A stretch of DNA of 64,000 nt from the NCBI GenBank assembly GCA_018664485.1, contig JABJOE010000009.1, forward strand, positions 76,635 to 140,634, written 5' to 3'. Both the position numbers and the translations under genes were made by a program. Below are positions 61,666 through 64,000 of this stretch, in pieces; the first letter of the stretch is position 1; every line of letters begins with the position of its first letter. Source of the DNA: Candidatus Uhrbacteria bacterium (GTDB taxonomy: Bacteria; Patescibacteriota; Patescibacteriia; UBA9934). Under the pieces are notes generated by a model. It ran no database searches and had not been told where the DNA came from. It was given only the letters and a program-made list of their open reading frames with translations.

Positions 61666-64000
61666 CTACTTCAAATATGGAGCCAGGTATTTTCCGGTGT
61701 AACTGAGTGTGCTACGTCGCGCCACGTCTTCAGGTGTTCCCTCGGCAATAATTGTTCCACCCTCATCTCCACCTTCCGGTCCAAGGTCGATAATCCAGTC
61801 GGCTGTTTTTATTACATCCAAGTTATGTTCAATTACCAATACTGAATTACCTTTATCAACTAACTTGTGAAGAATCTCCATCAACTTTCCAATATCTTCA
61901 AAGTGCAGTCCGGTTGTCGGCTCATCAAGAATATAAAGTGTACGACCAGTTTGTCGTTTCGCAAGCTCGGACGCCAGCTTCACGCGCTGCGCCTCTCCAC
62001 CAGACAATGTAGTTGCTGACTGACCAAGTTTTAGATAACCCAGTCCAACTTCGTTTAAAGTTTTAAGCTTCACAAAAACCTGAGGAACATCTTTAAAGAA
62101 GTCTTTCGCCTCTTCAATCGTTAAAGCTAGAACATCCCAAATAGTTTTTTCGTTCCACTTCACTTCCAGCGTCTCTCGGTTGAACCGCTTACCCTGGCAG
62201 ACATCGCATTCCACATATACAGTTGGTAAAAAGTGCATCTCAATCGCTATCTCCCCATGCCCCTCACAGTTCTCACAACGGCCACCAGGAACGTTAAAGC
62301 TAAATCGCCCTGGTTTATATCCACGGAATCTAGCCTCTTCAGTTGCGGTGAACAGCTCTCGAATAGGACCCCAAGCACCTGTGTATGTAGCCGGGTTTGA
62401 TCGAGATGTACGACCAATTGCAGACTGATCCATCAAGATCATCTTGTCGATGTACTCAATGCCCATGATCGCTTTATGCTTCCCTGGTTTAGTTTTTCGT
62501 TTATTCAACCGTTTTGCAATCGTCTTGAAGAGAATGTCATGGATCAATGTTGACTTACCAGACCCCGAGACACCAGTAACACATACAAATCGCCGAAGAG
62601 GAATCTCAACGTCAATATTTTTTAAGTTATGTTCTTTTGCACCAACGATCTTTAACCGATCCCGTCCGATCTTACGACGCTCCTTCGGAACCTCAATCTT
62701 CATATCACCTCGCAAGTACGCGGCAGTCTTTGATTTCTTATTCTGAAAAATCTCAGGCACAGCTCCCGCACAAACAATTTCTCCACCATACGCACCTGCG
62801 TCAGGGCCAATCTCAACCATCATGTCGCTCGCACGAATAGTATCTTCATCATGCTCAACAACGATAATCGTATTTCCCAAATCACGTAGCTCATGGAGTG
62901 TATTGATCAACTTTTCATTGTCTCGTTGATGCAGTCCAATAGTCGGCTCGTCCAACACATACAAAGCTCCAACTAATCGTGACCCAATCTGTGACGCCAA
63001 ACGAATTCGCTGCGCCTCTCCACCAGACAATGTCCCAGCACGACGATCCAATGTCAGATAATGCAAACCAACATCCAGCATGAATGTTAGACGATTTTCA
63101 ACCTCTTTTAATGCCATGCTAGCAATCTCCAACTGCCGCTCGGACAAAGTAACACTCTGGATAAACTCCGTAGCCTTTTTTACAGAGCCGCCAACGAACT
63201 CCGCAATATTCATCCCGCCAATCTTTACGCTTAACGACTCTTTTCGAAGTCGATCTCCATCACAAACCTTACAAACCTCATCTGAAAACAACTCAACAGT
63301 TCCGATTCCGTCACAACCCTGACAAGCACCATAAGGTGAGTTAAATGAGAATAGTCGCGGCTCGATTTCTGGGAAAGCAAAACCACAATCAACACAACTA
63401 AACTTTGTAGAAAAAATCTGCTCTGTCTTATCTGGGAACACAACGAGAGCTGAGTCCTTTCCATAATCCACTGCCGACTCCAACGCCTCACTCAAACGCT
63501 GACGATCATCTTTCTTCACTCGACCTTCAAACATCGCGTATGAAAGTTGGTCAATTACGACCTCAATCGTATGTTTTTTATATCGTGACAATTCGATCTT
63601 CTTTGAAAGGTCATGCATCTTCCCGTCAATCCGGACTCGAGCAAAACCACTATTATAAAGATCGTACAAAAGCTGATAGTACTCACCTTTGCGCCCACGA
63701 ATAACAGGAGCCATAATAGCAACAACCCCCTTCTTAGGCTTATCGGCTCGCACTCGAGATATCACACCATCGACCATTTCATCAATGGTTAACTTGGCAA
63801 TTGATTTTCCGCATGTCGGACAGAACGCCTCTCCTATACGCGCGTATAACACACGCAGATAGTCATAAATCTCCGTCACCGTTGCAACCGTTGATCGCGG
63901 ATTCCGTGAATGAGCCTTCTGATCAATCGAAATAGCCGGCGACAGTCCCTCAATTTCATCAACATCCGGCTTTTGCATCTGACCCAAGAACTGACGTGCA
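61666..64000 (-). CDS. uvrA: excinuclease ABC subunit A (N-terminal about 90 aa lie beyond window end)
   Basis: The two ABC ATPase modules and zinc-finger Cys pairs of UvrA are present. The sequence begins in-frame at …LGQMQKPDVDEIEGLSPAISIDQK, downstream of the true N-terminus. Confidence 0.85.
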   Translation of the reverse strand, partial: ARQFLGQMQKPDVDEIEGLSPAISIDQKAHSRNPRSTVATVTEIYDYLRVLYARIGEAFCPTCGKSIAKLTIDEMVDGVISRVRADKPKKGVVAIMAPVIRGRKGEYYQLLYDLYNSGFARVRIDGKMHDLSKKIELSRYKKHTIEVVIDQLSYAMFEGRVKKDDRQRLSEALESAVDYGKDSALVVFPDKTEQIFSTKFSCVDCGFAFPEIEPRLFSFNSPYGACQGCDGIGTVELFSDEVCKVCDGDRLRKESLSVKIGGMNIAEFVGGSVKKATEFIQSVTLSERQLEIASMALKEVENRLTFMLDVGLHYLTLDRRAGTLSGGEAQRIRLASQIGSRLVGALYVLDEPTIGLHQRDNEKLINTLHELRDLGNTIIVVEHDEDTIRASDMMVEIGPDAGAYGGEIVCAGAVPEIFQNKKSKTAAYLRGDMKIEVPKERRKIGRDRLKIVGAKEHNLKNIDVEIPLRRFVCVTGVSGSGKSTLIHDILFKTIAKRLNKRKTKPGKHKAIMGIEYIDKMILMDQSAIGRTSRSNPATYTGAWGPIRELFTATEEARFRGYKPGRFSFNVPGGRCENCEGHGEIAIEMHFLPTVYVECDVCQGKRFNRETLEVKWNEKTIWDVLALTIEEAKDFFKDVPQVFVKLKTLNEVGLGYLKLGQSATTLSGGEAQRVKLASELAKRQTGRTLYILDEPTTGLHFEDIGKLMEILHKLVDKGNSVLVIEHNLDVIKTADWIIDLGPEGGDEGGTIIAEGTPEDVARRSTLSYTGKYLAPYLK

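Noticed and set aside
1-64000. Looked for tRNA, rRNA, tmRNA, RNase P and SRP RNA genes.
   Set aside because: No segment showed the T-arm GTTCRANYC/CCA-end geometry or the conserved rRNA/SRP/RNase P blocks. I cannot exclude a divergent tRNA without a covariance search (tRNAscan-SE/Infernal).

Overview
This 64-kb window comes from a compact, low-GC bacterial chromosome with tightly packed, often overlapping genes, most on the minus strand. Several core proteins are shortened (AlaRS lacks the C-Ala domain, UvrC lacks the C-terminal HhH region, ManC is single-domain) and the dcw cluster is split. This suggests a reduced genome, possibly Patescibacteria/CPR, but that is inference only. The housekeeping backbone is recognisable: partial rpoA, rpsD, rpsK, rpsM, rpmJ, infA, alaS; murJ, murF, ftsI; mraZ-rsmH-ftsL; era, dus, rimK-like; nrdJ (class II RNR) beside cobO; gpmI, nth, uvrC, partial uvrA. 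Four things are not explained by ordinary gene content. (1) Higher-GC islands encode unrelated small ORFs arranged as cassettes. A four-cassette array (4.0-6.4 kb) and a two-cassette tandem (29.4-30.6 kb) each have a conserved leader with an embedded SD. The same near-identical promoter module drives these and a solo GC-rich gene, and there are covarying inter-cassette hairpins and strong terminators. (2) An IVS-like long inverted repeat built from TAGGT heptads (partly TTAGGGA, telomere-like) flanks a four-helix-bundle protein gene (23S rRNA IVS protein family). A second copy is an empty site without the ORF, and a third copy is partial. (3) A second AT-rich module at 55.9-57.7 kb has a repeated leader, a repeated trailer and a strongly promoted terminator-bearing candidate small RNA of about 140 nt. 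(4) One operon encodes a Cache-type histidine kinase, four stand-alone receiver proteins and a DUF2207 membrane protein. No rRNA, tRNA, CRISPR array, transposase or integrase was seen. All calls rest on reading the sequence and the ORF track; coordinates of non-ORF features may be off by 1-2 nt.
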